A stretch of 64,000 nucleotides of DNA from a phage. The first letter of the stretch is position 1. Each line of letters opens with the position of its first letter. Location of the stretch: sequence record NC_100372.1. One strand, 5' to 3'. This document shows, in pieces, positions 8,690 through 17,174 of the stretch. The position numbers were made by a program, and so were the translations under genes. Under the pieces are notes generated by a model that was not told the DNA's origin, made no database searches, and saw only the letters and a list, made by a program, of their open reading frames with translations.

Positions 8690-9821
8690 AGAATATCCGC
8701 TTATTGAGTCCATAGATTGTCTAGCTGATCTTCTTGAACCTGACGCTATAGTTTATTATGACTTCGATCAGGTTGCATACCAAGCTGCAGCAAGCTGTGA
8801 AAAAAGGACAATTGAGGTAACACATAAAGCCTCCGGACGTAAGAAGGTGTTTAAAACACGAACAGAGTTTTGGGGGAGGCAGAAGAACGCAGTTGGCGGC
8901 TGGTTAAAGGCTGAGAACACCAACCGTGAAGCTGCATGTAAAAAAGCTGGCAAGGAGTTTATTCCGTGGACACGAGAAGATTTCGATGTCTTGGATATCC
9001 AAACCCCTGATCCTGTAGAGAACTGCTTGCACACAATTAAGTGTAAAGCTAATGCAGTCCTTAACTATCTCGGTATTCCTGAAGATCGGTGCGTAGGGGT
9101 GCTTGGAGGAACAGGCAATTTCAGACTAGATCTTCCCATGCCGGAACGATATAAAGCCAACCGTAACAATACTCTTCGACCACTGTTGCTTGAAGATGCA
9201 AGACAGTATCTACAAAAGCAATATAACGCTCAAGTGATCAACGGTATTGAAGCTGACGACTGGTTAGCTATCCAGCAATTTGAAGGTTGGAACCACTACC
9301 AGAAAACAGGAAAGTTCAACAAGTTTATTATCTCTATAGATAAGGACCAGCGAACACTTCCTGGGCTTGTATTCGATCCGATGAGGAACGATAAAGGTGA
9401 TTTTGTAAGAGAGACACCTATGCTCATTGATAACGGTATGGGTAACATATTCATGAAACCAAACGGCGATGTTGGTGGGTATGGAATGTTGTTCTTCGGT
9501 TATCAAATGCTGTGTGGTGACTCGGCTGACAATATTAAGCCTTACCAAGGGCTTATTGGTAAAGGAAAGTTTGGAGATGCATCTGCATTCTCCTTACTGT
9601 CTCAGTGCAGCACACCGAAAGAGATGTGGTTAGCAATTATTGATCAGTATAAAAAATGGTTTCCGAAAGGTGCCGTTAAGTATACTGATTTCAATGGTAT
9701 CGACCGTAGGATTTCCGTAGGCCAGTGGATGAGTATAATTTTTGACTGTTTGTATATGAAGCGAACATTCAATGATCAAACAAAACTTGTTAACGTTCTT
9801 AGAAATGTTGGAGCAATTTGA
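8682..9821 (+). CDS. Flap endonuclease / 5'-3' exonuclease (FEN, RNase H-like)
   Basis: FEN signature NGIEADDWLAI and helix-hairpin-helix region CGDSADNIKPYQGLIGKGK; 379 aa. Confidence 0.7.
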   Translation: MSREYPLIESIDCLADLLEPDAIVYYDFDQVAYQAAASCEKRTIEVTHKASGRKKVFKTRTEFWGRQKNAVGGWLKAENTNREAACKKAGKEFIPWTREDFDVLDIQTPDPVENCLHTIKCKANAVLNYLGIPEDRCVGVLGGTGNFRLDLPMPERYKANRNNTLRPLLLEDARQYLQKQYNAQVINGIEADDWLAIQQFEGWNHYQKTGKFNKFIISIDKDQRTLPGLVFDPMRNDKGDFVRETPMLIDNGMGNIFMKPNGDVGGYGMLFFGYQMLCGDSADNIKPYQGLIGKGKFGDASAFSLLSQCSTPKEMWLAIIDQYKKWFPKGAVKYTDFNGIDRRISVGQWMSIIFDCLYMKRTFNDQTKLVNVLRNVGAI

Positions 9822-10144
9822 TGACTAAAAATTCTGTAGATAATGCAATTATGGAAGCTGTTTTTGAGGATGATCATACAACAGGGACCCTTAAAACAAA
9901 AAATACATTTATTGTTGCTACAGGTATGTGGCGGTTGTATGAAGATGACACTATTGCATACATCCTGTATACTGATGATTACGCAGATGATCGTGTATGG
10001 TCTGCTGTTTTAAAAGAAGATTGCGAGCTGATTGAGGGCGAGCGGTTATGCATGTTTACCAGCGTGGAAACAGACGTTAAGCTTTGCTCTCTTGTGCTAT
10101 TCAAAGACAAAGCTTATTCTCCAGATGAAGAGGAAACAGCATGA
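9818..10144 (+). CDS. Hypothetical protein
   Basis: 108-aa acidic ORF, translationally coupled on both sides. Confidence 0.4.
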   Translation: MMTKNSVDNAIMEAVFEDDHTTGTLKTKNTFIVATGMWRLYEDDTIAYILYTDDYADDRVWSAVLKEDCELIEGERLCMFTSVETDVKLCSLVLFKDKAYSPDEEETA

Positions 10145-10770
10145 GAGAAAGACTGCTGTCTATAGACCAGTCTCTTACCCACACAGCCTGTGTTGTATGG
10201 GACGATGGTAAGCCTGTTCATAAGATTGTGTTACGCACACAAAGCTCATCTGCAAAAGAGAAGAAACCAGGGACGGTTTCTTTTGCAACAGCTGCTGAGC
10301 GTATTGACTGGATCTGCAAACAGGTTAGATATTATATCCACACGCACGGAGTCGATACTGTGGTTATGGAAGGGCTTTCCTTTGGATCGCGAGGTGATGC
10401 CACACGTGAGCTGGCTGGGTTGTTTTACGGTCTTGAAGTTATGCTTTGGGATGCTTTAGCAGATTGTGAAAATGACGGCCTGTTTAAGGTTCACACAGTG
10501 ACACCAACAACTGCCAAAAAGTTTGCTCGTAGTCATCTTCCTGAAGAACTTGCTTTTGAGGAGAAGAAAAAGCTTGACAAAAGGACAGGTAAAGAGCATA
10601 CTGTGAAGAAACCTGTTACGATGGATAAAAAGTTGATGGTTAAGGCCTGCGAAGTATCTGAACCCGGGTTCCTGGATGGGATCAACTTGGTACAAGGTAA
10701 GGCCGATCTCGCAGATGCTTATTGGATAGGCAGGGCGCATCTGGAGGGATTATCGCAAAGCGTAAAATAA
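10141..10770 (+). CDS. Putative RNase H-fold nuclease (RuvC/YqgF-like)
   Basis: N-terminal LLSIDQSLTHTACVVW (Asp-containing strand), later VVMEGLSFGS and DLADAYWIGRAH; tentative. Confidence 0.4.
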   Translation: MRERLLSIDQSLTHTACVVWDDGKPVHKIVLRTQSSSAKEKKPGTVSFATAAERIDWICKQVRYYIHTHGVDTVVMEGLSFGSRGDATRELAGLFYGLEVMLWDALADCENDGLFKVHTVTPTTAKKFARSHLPEELAFEEKKKLDKRTGKEHTVKKPVTMDKKLMVKACEVSEPGFLDGINLVQGKADLADAYWIGRAHLEGLSQSVK

Positions 10771-11327
10771 GAAAGAAAGCTGTCAAAGCCCCCGTTCATA
10801 GCGGGTGGCTAAAAGATTCTAAGGACATAGCTAACTTTCGGAAAGAATTGTCAGAAGAGCAGGATGGTCTTGATCCGATCTTGTGCGAACCACTTCGTAA
10901 GCCTTGTTTAGATCATGATCATCTGACTGGTCGTTGCAGGGGTGTTTTGTCCCAATGCACTAATACCTTTGAGGGGTATGTGCTTAAATACTGGATGAAA
11001 TACTGTAACGAGTATACAGATTGCAGTTTATCAGAGGCGTTACGCCGGATGGCTGACTATCTGGAGAAAGACTACAGCGACTTCCCGCTCCACAAAAACT
11101 ACAGAGATGATATGACAAAGTTCTTGAGGAGATGCTCTAAAGCTACGATTATTGCACGTGCAGAATCAGATCTCGGTCTTGTCATTAATTCAGAGTATAC
11201 CAAGCATGAGGCTATTGAGGCCTACATGCAGGAGTTTATAAAGAAAACTGAGGAGAGAGATTTCTATGGGGACGAAAAAGGTATTCAATCCTTGCGATTC
11301 AGTTCTGATCAGGATGAAATACCGTAA
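10722..11327 (+). CDS. Endonuclease VII-like junction-resolving enzyme (T4 gp49-like)
   Basis: CLDHDHLTGRCRGVLSQCTNTFEG and YLEKDYSD match the recalled T4 endo VII segments HLDHDH...GKVRGLLCNLCN...YLKSDY. Confidence 0.7.
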   Translation: MDRQGASGGIIAKRKIRKKAVKAPVHSGWLKDSKDIANFRKELSEEQDGLDPILCEPLRKPCLDHDHLTGRCRGVLSQCTNTFEGYVLKYWMKYCNEYTDCSLSEALRRMADYLEKDYSDFPLHKNYRDDMTKFLRRCSKATIIARAESDLGLVINSEYTKHEAIEAYMQEFIKKTEERDFYGDEKGIQSLRFSSDQDEIP

Positions 11328-11487
11328 CTGGAAAGGTGTTGTTGCAGATCGCTGCGTTACTGAGCCTAATTTATGGTTTGGCTCTACAGAGTATCATAAA
11401 GAAGAGCAGTGGTTGATGCATGCATTTGACGTAGATAAGGGCGAATACCGTGACTTCGCTTTAAAAGACATTCTTCAGTTTTACTAA
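11266..11487 (+). CDS. Hypothetical protein
   Basis: 73-aa ORF; overlaps the end of the endonuclease VII gene in another frame, start uncertain. Confidence 0.3.
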   Translation: MGTKKVFNPCDSVLIRMKYRNWKGVVADRCVTEPNLWFGSTEYHKEEQWLMHAFDVDKGEYRDFALKDILQFY

Positions 11488-11499
11488 GGAATCTTAACG

Positions 11500-12483
11500 A
11501 TGATGACAAAGTTAACTCTTGAGCAAATTTTAACACTAAAGCAACAGGGATACACTAATAGACAAATTGCTCGTGAATTTTTAGGGCGTGAGTCGCGTGA
11601 GAGCTGGATCCGACTACAGCTTAAACGTGCACAAGAGAATATGTCAGAGATTGTAGGAGAGGCAACGGAGCGCTTCCTTGAAGAACACAAAGGCGCTAAA
11701 GTTTGGGTGTATGATACAGAGACATCCCCAACAAACGGCTGGTTCTTTGGGCACTATAAGACCAACATTCAAACCTGCGGTATTGAAATTATGCCTTATA
11801 TGCTAACTTTCGCAGGTAAATGGTTAGACAGCCCTAGTGTGGTCGACTGTGCTCTTCCTGATTACAAAATGTGGGGCGAGGATATCCACAACGATCTTGA
11901 ACTGATTCAAGATTTGTGGTATTATCTGGATAAATGTGATGTTGCAGTAGCGCACAACTCTGGTTTTGACTGTGGATGGGCCAACCAACGATTTGCATTT
12001 CACGGTTTACCACCAACAAGTCCATACAAAGAGGTTGACACCCTCAAGATGATTAAAAAGGCATTCCGTTTGAATGCAAACACGTTAGAGTATGCATGTA
12101 AATACTTCCAACTGGCCCGACAGAAGCTGATTGACCACACATTTGAAATGTGGATCAAGTGTGTTCATGGTGATCTTGAGGCGTTTAAACAGATGCGGGA
12201 GTATAATGTTGGGGACATCTTGTCTCTTGAAGGCCTGTATTTGCTGGCGCGTCCGTTTGCTAAGCAGCACCCTAACATGTCGTTGTACTACCAAGATGAG
12301 GAGTCAAAAGTTCGTTGCCCACGTTGTGGTGGAGAACACCTTCACGAGGAAGAAGCTTTGGCGTATACTCAGCTGAGTGCATTTAAAACATACCGCTGCG
12401 AAGGTTGTGGATCTGTTGTTCGTGATCGTAACAACATCCGTACTAGGGAAGAGATGAAAAACACCCTTATTCAGATAATCTAA
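11500..12483 (+). CDS. DEDD-family 3'-5' exonuclease with N-terminal HTH and C-terminal zinc ribbon
   Basis: Exo motifs VWVYDTETSP (DxE), VAVAHNSGFDCGW, YNVGD; N-terminal QQGYTNRQIAREF; C-terminal CPRCGG...CEGCG. Confidence 0.6.
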   Translation: MMTKLTLEQILTLKQQGYTNRQIAREFLGRESRESWIRLQLKRAQENMSEIVGEATERFLEEHKGAKVWVYDTETSPTNGWFFGHYKTNIQTCGIEIMPYMLTFAGKWLDSPSVVDCALPDYKMWGEDIHNDLELIQDLWYYLDKCDVAVAHNSGFDCGWANQRFAFHGLPPTSPYKEVDTLKMIKKAFRLNANTLEYACKYFQLARQKLIDHTFEMWIKCVHGDLEAFKQMREYNVGDILSLEGLYLLARPFAKQHPNMSLYYQDEESKVRCPRCGGEHLHEEEALAYTQLSAFKTYRCEGCGSVVRDRNNIRTREEMKNTLIQII

Positions 12484-12498
12484 CAAATAGAGGGAGGC

Positions 12499-13335
12499 TT
12501 GCGCCTCCCTTTTCCTTTTGGAGGCACTTTGAGCAAGAAAGAGTCCAACGACAAATATTACACAGACCCCGAGTATGCAGAATATCTTGTTGGTAAAGTA
12601 AAAGGTAAGTATGGGAATTGTGCATACGTTGAGCCTTCTGCTGGAAAGGGTTCTTTTTCAAAACTATTTTCAGAGATACTGTCGTATGATTTGGTACCAG
12701 ATCCTGAATTTGAAGGCCCAACCCCGTGTATTAAGGCAAACTTCTTAGAGGTGTACCCCAAGGCCGATGTATTCATAGGTAATCCTCCATTCGGCAAAAA
12801 TTCGTCTTTAGCTTGCAAGTTCTTTAACCACTGTGCATCATTGCTAGAGCCTGGTGGAGCTATAGCCTTCATCTTGCCACGGACTTTTGAAAAAATATTT
12901 TTTGCAAACAAACTGGACATGTCGATGCACCTTATTTACAGCGAAAGGTGCCCCAAGAACTCGTTTTTACTTAACGGCAAACCTTATGACGTGCCATGTG
13001 TTTTCCAAATTTGGGAGAAAAAGGTGTGCAATAGGGACCCTGTAGAGATCGGGGAGAATAAGTTATTTTCTTTTAGCACACCGGACGATTACGACTTCTG
13101 TATAAGACGTGTTGGGTATAATGCTGGGAAAGTATTGGGAGAGGATGACCCAAAATCTGAAGAATCAACATATTTCATAAAATCTTTAGTTGATGGTGTT
13201 GACAGAGTGTTTGCTGAGTGCTATTCTTCTTTTCAAGAAGAAGCAGGTAAGACTGCTGGAATGAAGAGTATAGGCAAGAAAGAACTACAATACATTTTGG
13301 AGACCAGGTATGATCAAAAGTATAGACTTGACTAA
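12499..13335 (+). CDS. N6-adenine DNA methyltransferase, gamma-class-like, orphan
   Basis: YYTDPEYAEY (YYTP-like), SAM motif VEPSAGKGSF, catalytic motif IV FIGNPPFGK. Confidence 0.7.
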   Translation: MRLPFPFGGTLSKKESNDKYYTDPEYAEYLVGKVKGKYGNCAYVEPSAGKGSFSKLFSEILSYDLVPDPEFEGPTPCIKANFLEVYPKADVFIGNPPFGKNSSLACKFFNHCASLLEPGGAIAFILPRTFEKIFFANKLDMSMHLIYSERCPKNSFLLNGKPYDVPCVFQIWEKKVCNRDPVEIGENKLFSFSTPDDYDFCIRRVGYNAGKVLGEDDPKSEESTYFIKSLVDGVDRVFAECYSSFQEEAGKTAGMKSIGKKELQYILETRYDQKYRLD

Positions 13336-13768
13336 AGAGCTTACTGATGCAAAAGCTTTTGGTGAGACAGCTGTGCAAAGGGGGCAGGCTATGGGGCTGG
13401 CACTACCTTTTGTCTTAAAAGAGCATTTTACAGATTTTCAGCTTATCCGTGGTGAAAAGGGGATGCTTATTCTGGAGCATAAGCTGAGTAAGAAACGTTA
13501 TAAAGTTGTTTTTAATTCTAAAGCTCCAACAAAACTTGGATTCAGAACTTACAATCTCAACCCTTCTTATACTAAGGGTGTTGGAAGAGTGGAACAGCAA
13601 CATCTCAGTGCTAGAGCTTCTTTAGCCCCTTTGATGCTAAATTTCTCAGGTGTTGCTTTGGGATACCTGGATAAGAAAAGAGTTCTTCATGTTCGTTTTA
13701 CAGACTTCGTAACGCTTTTAGCTAACAACGAAGTAGATGAAAAGGGACGTGTAAAAACAAACTTCTAA
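13310..13768 (+). CDS. Hypothetical protein
   Basis: 152-aa ORF. Confidence 0.4.
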   Translation: MIKSIDLTKELTDAKAFGETAVQRGQAMGLALPFVLKEHFTDFQLIRGEKGMLILEHKLSKKRYKVVFNSKAPTKLGFRTYNLNPSYTKGVGRVEQQHLSARASLAPLMLNFSGVALGYLDKKRVLHVRFTDFVTLLANNEVDEKGRVKTNF

Positions 13769-13783
13769 TAACGTGCAGTATGA

Positions 13784-13987
13784 TTGGAGACCGCAATGAC
13801 ACCAGAGTTAACAATTCCAGACAGCTTTTCAGAAAGCTTTATCCCAGAAATGATGAAGAAGATGCAATCACTGCTTGATCAGATTGAGGAGGCTGTTTGG
13901 GAAGACGATGCTGTAGTAGCTAACGAGCTGGTAGATAAGTGTAAAAGTATTATTGATGCAATTGAAGAATACCACGGAGGTTTTTAA
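13784..13987 (+). CDS. Hypothetical small acidic protein
   Basis: 67-aa ORF, coupled to the downstream gene (TAATGG). Confidence 0.35.
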   Translation: METAMTPELTIPDSFSESFIPEMMKKMQSLLDQIEEAVWEDDAVVANELVDKCKSIIDAIEEYHGGF

Positions 13988-14589
13988 TGGATATTATTGT
14001 TCTTAATGCTCCACCAAGTTCTGGAAAAGACCATATCGCAGATCTTTTGTTGGAAGCCATTCCAAACTCGCATCACCGCGAGGTAAAGGAAATGCTATTC
14101 AGTGTGGCAATTAAGGCAGCGGGTATTTCACCACAGTTGTGGAATGCACTCTATGATCGCCGCTACAAAGAAGAACCGTGCCCGTTCTTAATGATAGACG
14201 GCAAGCATGTTTCTCCGCGAGAATGGATGATCCATTGTAGTGAAAATCTGATTAAACCTATCTTTGGTGAAGACGCTTTCGGTAAGGCCGCAGTCGCATC
14301 CTTGAAGAAAGATTTCCCTGAAGGTAAAGGGGTTGTTGTTTACTCCGATGGTGGCTTCAAAGAGGAGCTGGCATGCCTTGGCGAGTACGCATACAGCACA
14401 GGTGGCGATCTTCTACTGTTCCGTATCCACCGTGCAGGATATGATTGGGGAAATGATTCCAGAACTTACCTTAGCCTAGAGAAGAACGGGATAAAAGGTA
14501 TCGAGTTTGATGTTGTTAACCCTGAGGGGTCTCCTTGGGAGTGCGCATCTGAGATTGTGTGCAAGTATATTGATGCTAAAGAGGTCTGA
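13987..14589 (+). CDS. Deoxynucleoside monophosphate kinase-like P-loop protein
   Basis: N-terminal MDIIVLNAPPSSGKD, resembling T4 gp1 dNMP kinase MKLIFLSGVKRSGKD as recalled. Confidence 0.5.
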   Translation: MDIIVLNAPPSSGKDHIADLLLEAIPNSHHREVKEMLFSVAIKAAGISPQLWNALYDRRYKEEPCPFLMIDGKHVSPREWMIHCSENLIKPIFGEDAFGKAAVASLKKDFPEGKGVVVYSDGGFKEELACLGEYAYSTGGDLLLFRIHRAGYDWGNDSRTYLSLEKNGIKGIEFDVVNPEGSPWECASEIVCKYIDAKEV

Positions 14590-14594
14590 GAACA

Positions 14595-15188
14595 ATGCTG
14601 ATCGGAATTGATGTAGATTTAACACTGGTAGACTCAGGAACAGCATGGTGGGAGTGGCTAGAGCGTTTATATGGTCCAGCCAGCAAGACAGTCGCTAAAC
14701 CTTCTAACGGACTGATGTATTACGATCTGTCAAAGTATTGGCCTGATCGCCCCAAAGAAAACATCATAGGGCCTTTTGATTTCTGGAGTGACCCGTTCCT
14801 CTACGACTTTCTTAAGCCTGAAGAGGGGGCTATTGAGGTTATGAAAGATTTGGTGGCTCGTGGTCACAAGCTTGCATTTATCTCTGTATGCAAGAAAGGT
14901 CACCTTGCATCTAAATCAAGGTTCTTAAAGCGTTGGACCAGCGATTTTATGGATCTGGACGATCACACCCAGGGTCACGGCTTCTACGCCACACATTTCA
15001 AAGGTAATGTGGCTGTAGATGTTATAATTGACGACAGACATGAATACCTGAACCAATTCGCTTCACGCCCTGAAGTTATTAAAATCTTAAAAGACACTCC
15101 TTATGAGCAATTCGAGGAGTTGAAGGTCAGTGTTGACTATACCACCAATAGTTGGTATAAAATAGGAAAGTTTTTAGAAGGTATTTGA
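14595..15188 (+). CDS. HAD-superfamily phosphatase, 5'(3')-deoxyribonucleotidase-like
   Basis: HAD motif I IGIDVDLTLVD (DxDxT) at the N-terminus; 197 aa. Confidence 0.5.
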   Translation: MLIGIDVDLTLVDSGTAWWEWLERLYGPASKTVAKPSNGLMYYDLSKYWPDRPKENIIGPFDFWSDPFLYDFLKPEEGAIEVMKDLVARGHKLAFISVCKKGHLASKSRFLKRWTSDFMDLDDHTQGHGFYATHFKGNVAVDVIIDDRHEYLNQFASRPEVIKILKDTPYEQFEELKVSVDYTTNSWYKIGKFLEGI

Positions 15189-15189
15189 A

Positions 15190-15390
15190 ATGGGCAGATG
15201 TTCTAAAGGTGGCGATCCTGTAGTCAGATACGGTGACTGGCTAGAGGTATATGATCTTGGAGGTAAGCTAGTGTATGCCTCCAGGATCACCCAAGACATG
15301 TGCTCTGATATGTTTAACAGATACCTTGCATTTAAGGCCAACATAAACCCAGACGAAATTTCCAAAATTAAAACAAGGAGAGCTAAATAA
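15190..15390 (+). CDS. Hypothetical protein
   Basis: 66-aa ORF with an upstream RBS. Confidence 0.35.
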   Translation: MGRCSKGGDPVVRYGDWLEVYDLGGKLVYASRITQDMCSDMFNRYLAFKANINPDEISKIKTRRAK

Positions 15391-16373
15391 TGCTAAAACT
15401 GTGCACTGCAAAGATTATTGCCGACAGCATTTCCGAGAAAGGTAAGCGTATCACCACTTTTGAGCTAGAGTATCCTCGAATTATTCACTCAGAGCTTATG
15501 ACACATCGAGTGTTCAGCCGAAACGCCATGTCTTCTCGTGCAGTTCCTGTCGGTAAGATGCTACAGCAGATCGTGGAGAATCCGGCAATGCCAGTTCGCT
15601 TCGGTGTAAATAAGCGAGGGATGGAAGATGGTGGGGAACACGATCAAAAGATCCGTGTAGAGTATACCGACATGGAGTTAACTCCTGAAGAGTTTTGGAA
15701 AGAAGCTGCAAAAAACGCCGCGTGGCATGCAGAGAAGTTCGCCCTTGCTGGTTACCATAAGCAAGTATGTAATCGCTTAGTGGAGCCGTTTCAGCGCATG
15801 AAAACAGTTGTAACAAGCACCGAGTGGAATAATTTTTTCCATCTGCGTTGCTGGCACGATGCTGATCCTACGATTCAGATGCTGGCTAATTGTATGTGGG
15901 ATGCTCTTATGAATAGCACTCCTGAAACCCTTAAACCAGGCCAATGGCACACCCCATATGTAGAGCACGTTTATTTGGACGGTGAGTTTAACTATGCCGT
16001 GCGTGACACAGAAGGGAAGCTATGCATTCTCGATACTGGAGAAGCTCTATCTATTAGTGCGAGCTGCTGTGCACAAGTATCTTATCGCAATATTGACAGC
16101 ACGTTTGAAAAAGCAGATAGTGTGGCTAAAAAATTGATTGGTGGGGATCGTATTCATGCAAGCCCTTACGAGCACCAGGCGACACCTATGGATCACGATA
16201 ATGCAATGGAACGTTTAAACTACTACCTGTCTTCATGTGAAATCACACAAGATAGTTGTGTTTGGCAGGAAGGTGTAACCCATCAAGACCGTGATGGTAA
16301 ATTCTGGTCTGCCAACTTTTGTGGGTGGGTTCAGCACAGACAGTTGCTTAATAACCACTTCATGAAAGGGTAA
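15390..16373 (+). CDS. thyX: Flavin-dependent thymidylate synthase ThyX
   Basis: ThyX signature in THRVFSRNAMSSR (xHRxxSxxxxSxR; first Arg replaced by Thr); 327 aa. Confidence 0.7.
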   Translation: MLKLCTAKIIADSISEKGKRITTFELEYPRIIHSELMTHRVFSRNAMSSRAVPVGKMLQQIVENPAMPVRFGVNKRGMEDGGEHDQKIRVEYTDMELTPEEFWKEAAKNAAWHAEKFALAGYHKQVCNRLVEPFQRMKTVVTSTEWNNFFHLRCWHDADPTIQMLANCMWDALMNSTPETLKPGQWHTPYVEHVYLDGEFNYAVRDTEGKLCILDTGEALSISASCCAQVSYRNIDSTFEKADSVAKKLIGGDRIHASPYEHQATPMDHDNAMERLNYYLSSCEITQDSCVWQEGVTHQDRDGKFWSANFCGWVQHRQLLNNHFMKG

Positions 16374-16374
16374 G

Positions 16375-16400
16375 CCTATCACAGCGATAGGTAACTTTTG
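16375..16400 (+). terminator. Hairpin after thyX (weak terminator)
   Basis: cctatc-acagc-gatagg followed by taacttttg. Confidence 0.4.
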
Positions 16401-16402
16401 TG

Positions 16403-16431
16403 TTGACTAATAGCATTAGATAATCTATAAT
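16403..16431 (+). promoter_or_regulatory. Consensus sigma70-like promoter
   Basis: TTGACT 16403-16408, 17-nt spacer, TATAAT 16426-16431. Confidence 0.7.
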
Positions 16432-16471
16432 AGTGGCTCACTTTGTTGGTGAGCCAGAAAGGGAGACAGAT

Positions 16472-16933
16472 ATGAGTGATGTTATGATTCCTAAAAAGAC
16501 ATTTATTTCAGTTACTTTAGATTTCCTATCTACCGTTCCTGGGTTTAACGTTCGCACACGAAACGGTCTTCGAGCTGCACTCTTTGCCGTAGGGTTTGAT
16601 TTAAAAAATATTGATGTTCTTCGTGGAAAAAACGTTAGATGCAAAAATAAACCAACTCATTATCGAAAGGCCGATGTATTTGCTGGTGTCATGCGTGCAG
16701 ACTTTAGATACCCACAAATGTATAATGGTGTAGATATTCTAGATGTAGATAAAGCACCCGGTGAGACAATGCTTGTTCAAGATCTTCCGTATGATATCCC
16801 CGTAGAGGATCGTGTCAATGTAAGAAAGTATACAAAACAATCTGAAAAGGCTGAAGATATTCATATTGTTGATGAACCTTTCAATTTTGAAGATCTGCAT
16901 CGCCTGGAAAAATTATTCGGTATTGAAAGCTAA
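16472..16933 (+). CDS. Hypothetical protein
   Basis: Start at MSDVMIPKK with an AGGGAG RBS; downstream of the consensus promoter. Confidence 0.4.
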   Translation: MSDVMIPKKTFISVTLDFLSTVPGFNVRTRNGLRAALFAVGFDLKNIDVLRGKNVRCKNKPTHYRKADVFAGVMRADFRYPQMYNGVDILDVDKAPGETMLVQDLPYDIPVEDRVNVRKYTKQSEKAEDIHIVDEPFNFEDLHRLEKLFGIES

Positions 16934-16943
16934 GGTGGTGAAG

Positions 16944-17174
16944 ATGAGTCATAACTCCAAGTGGAAGGATCTTGGTTTTGCAAGTCGGGCAGAATATGTT
17001 GGTTGGCTTTGGTTCAATGGCCTGACAAACGATATTAAAATGTATGATGATGTTTATTATGACGAGTATACAGGTAAAATTATAAATATCTCTGTAGAAG
17101 AGGATACCTTTACCCAACAAGATACTGATACCTGCCTTGATAAATACGTTGATGAAGTGGAGGAAGCAAATTGA
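16944..17174 (+). CDS. Hypothetical protein
   Basis: Start at MSHNSKWKD with an AAGGTGG RBS; overlaps the nrdA start. Confidence 0.4.
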   Translation: MSHNSKWKDLGFASRAEYVGWLWFNGLTNDIKMYDDVYYDEYTGKIINISVEEDTFTQQDTDTCLDKYVDEVEEAN

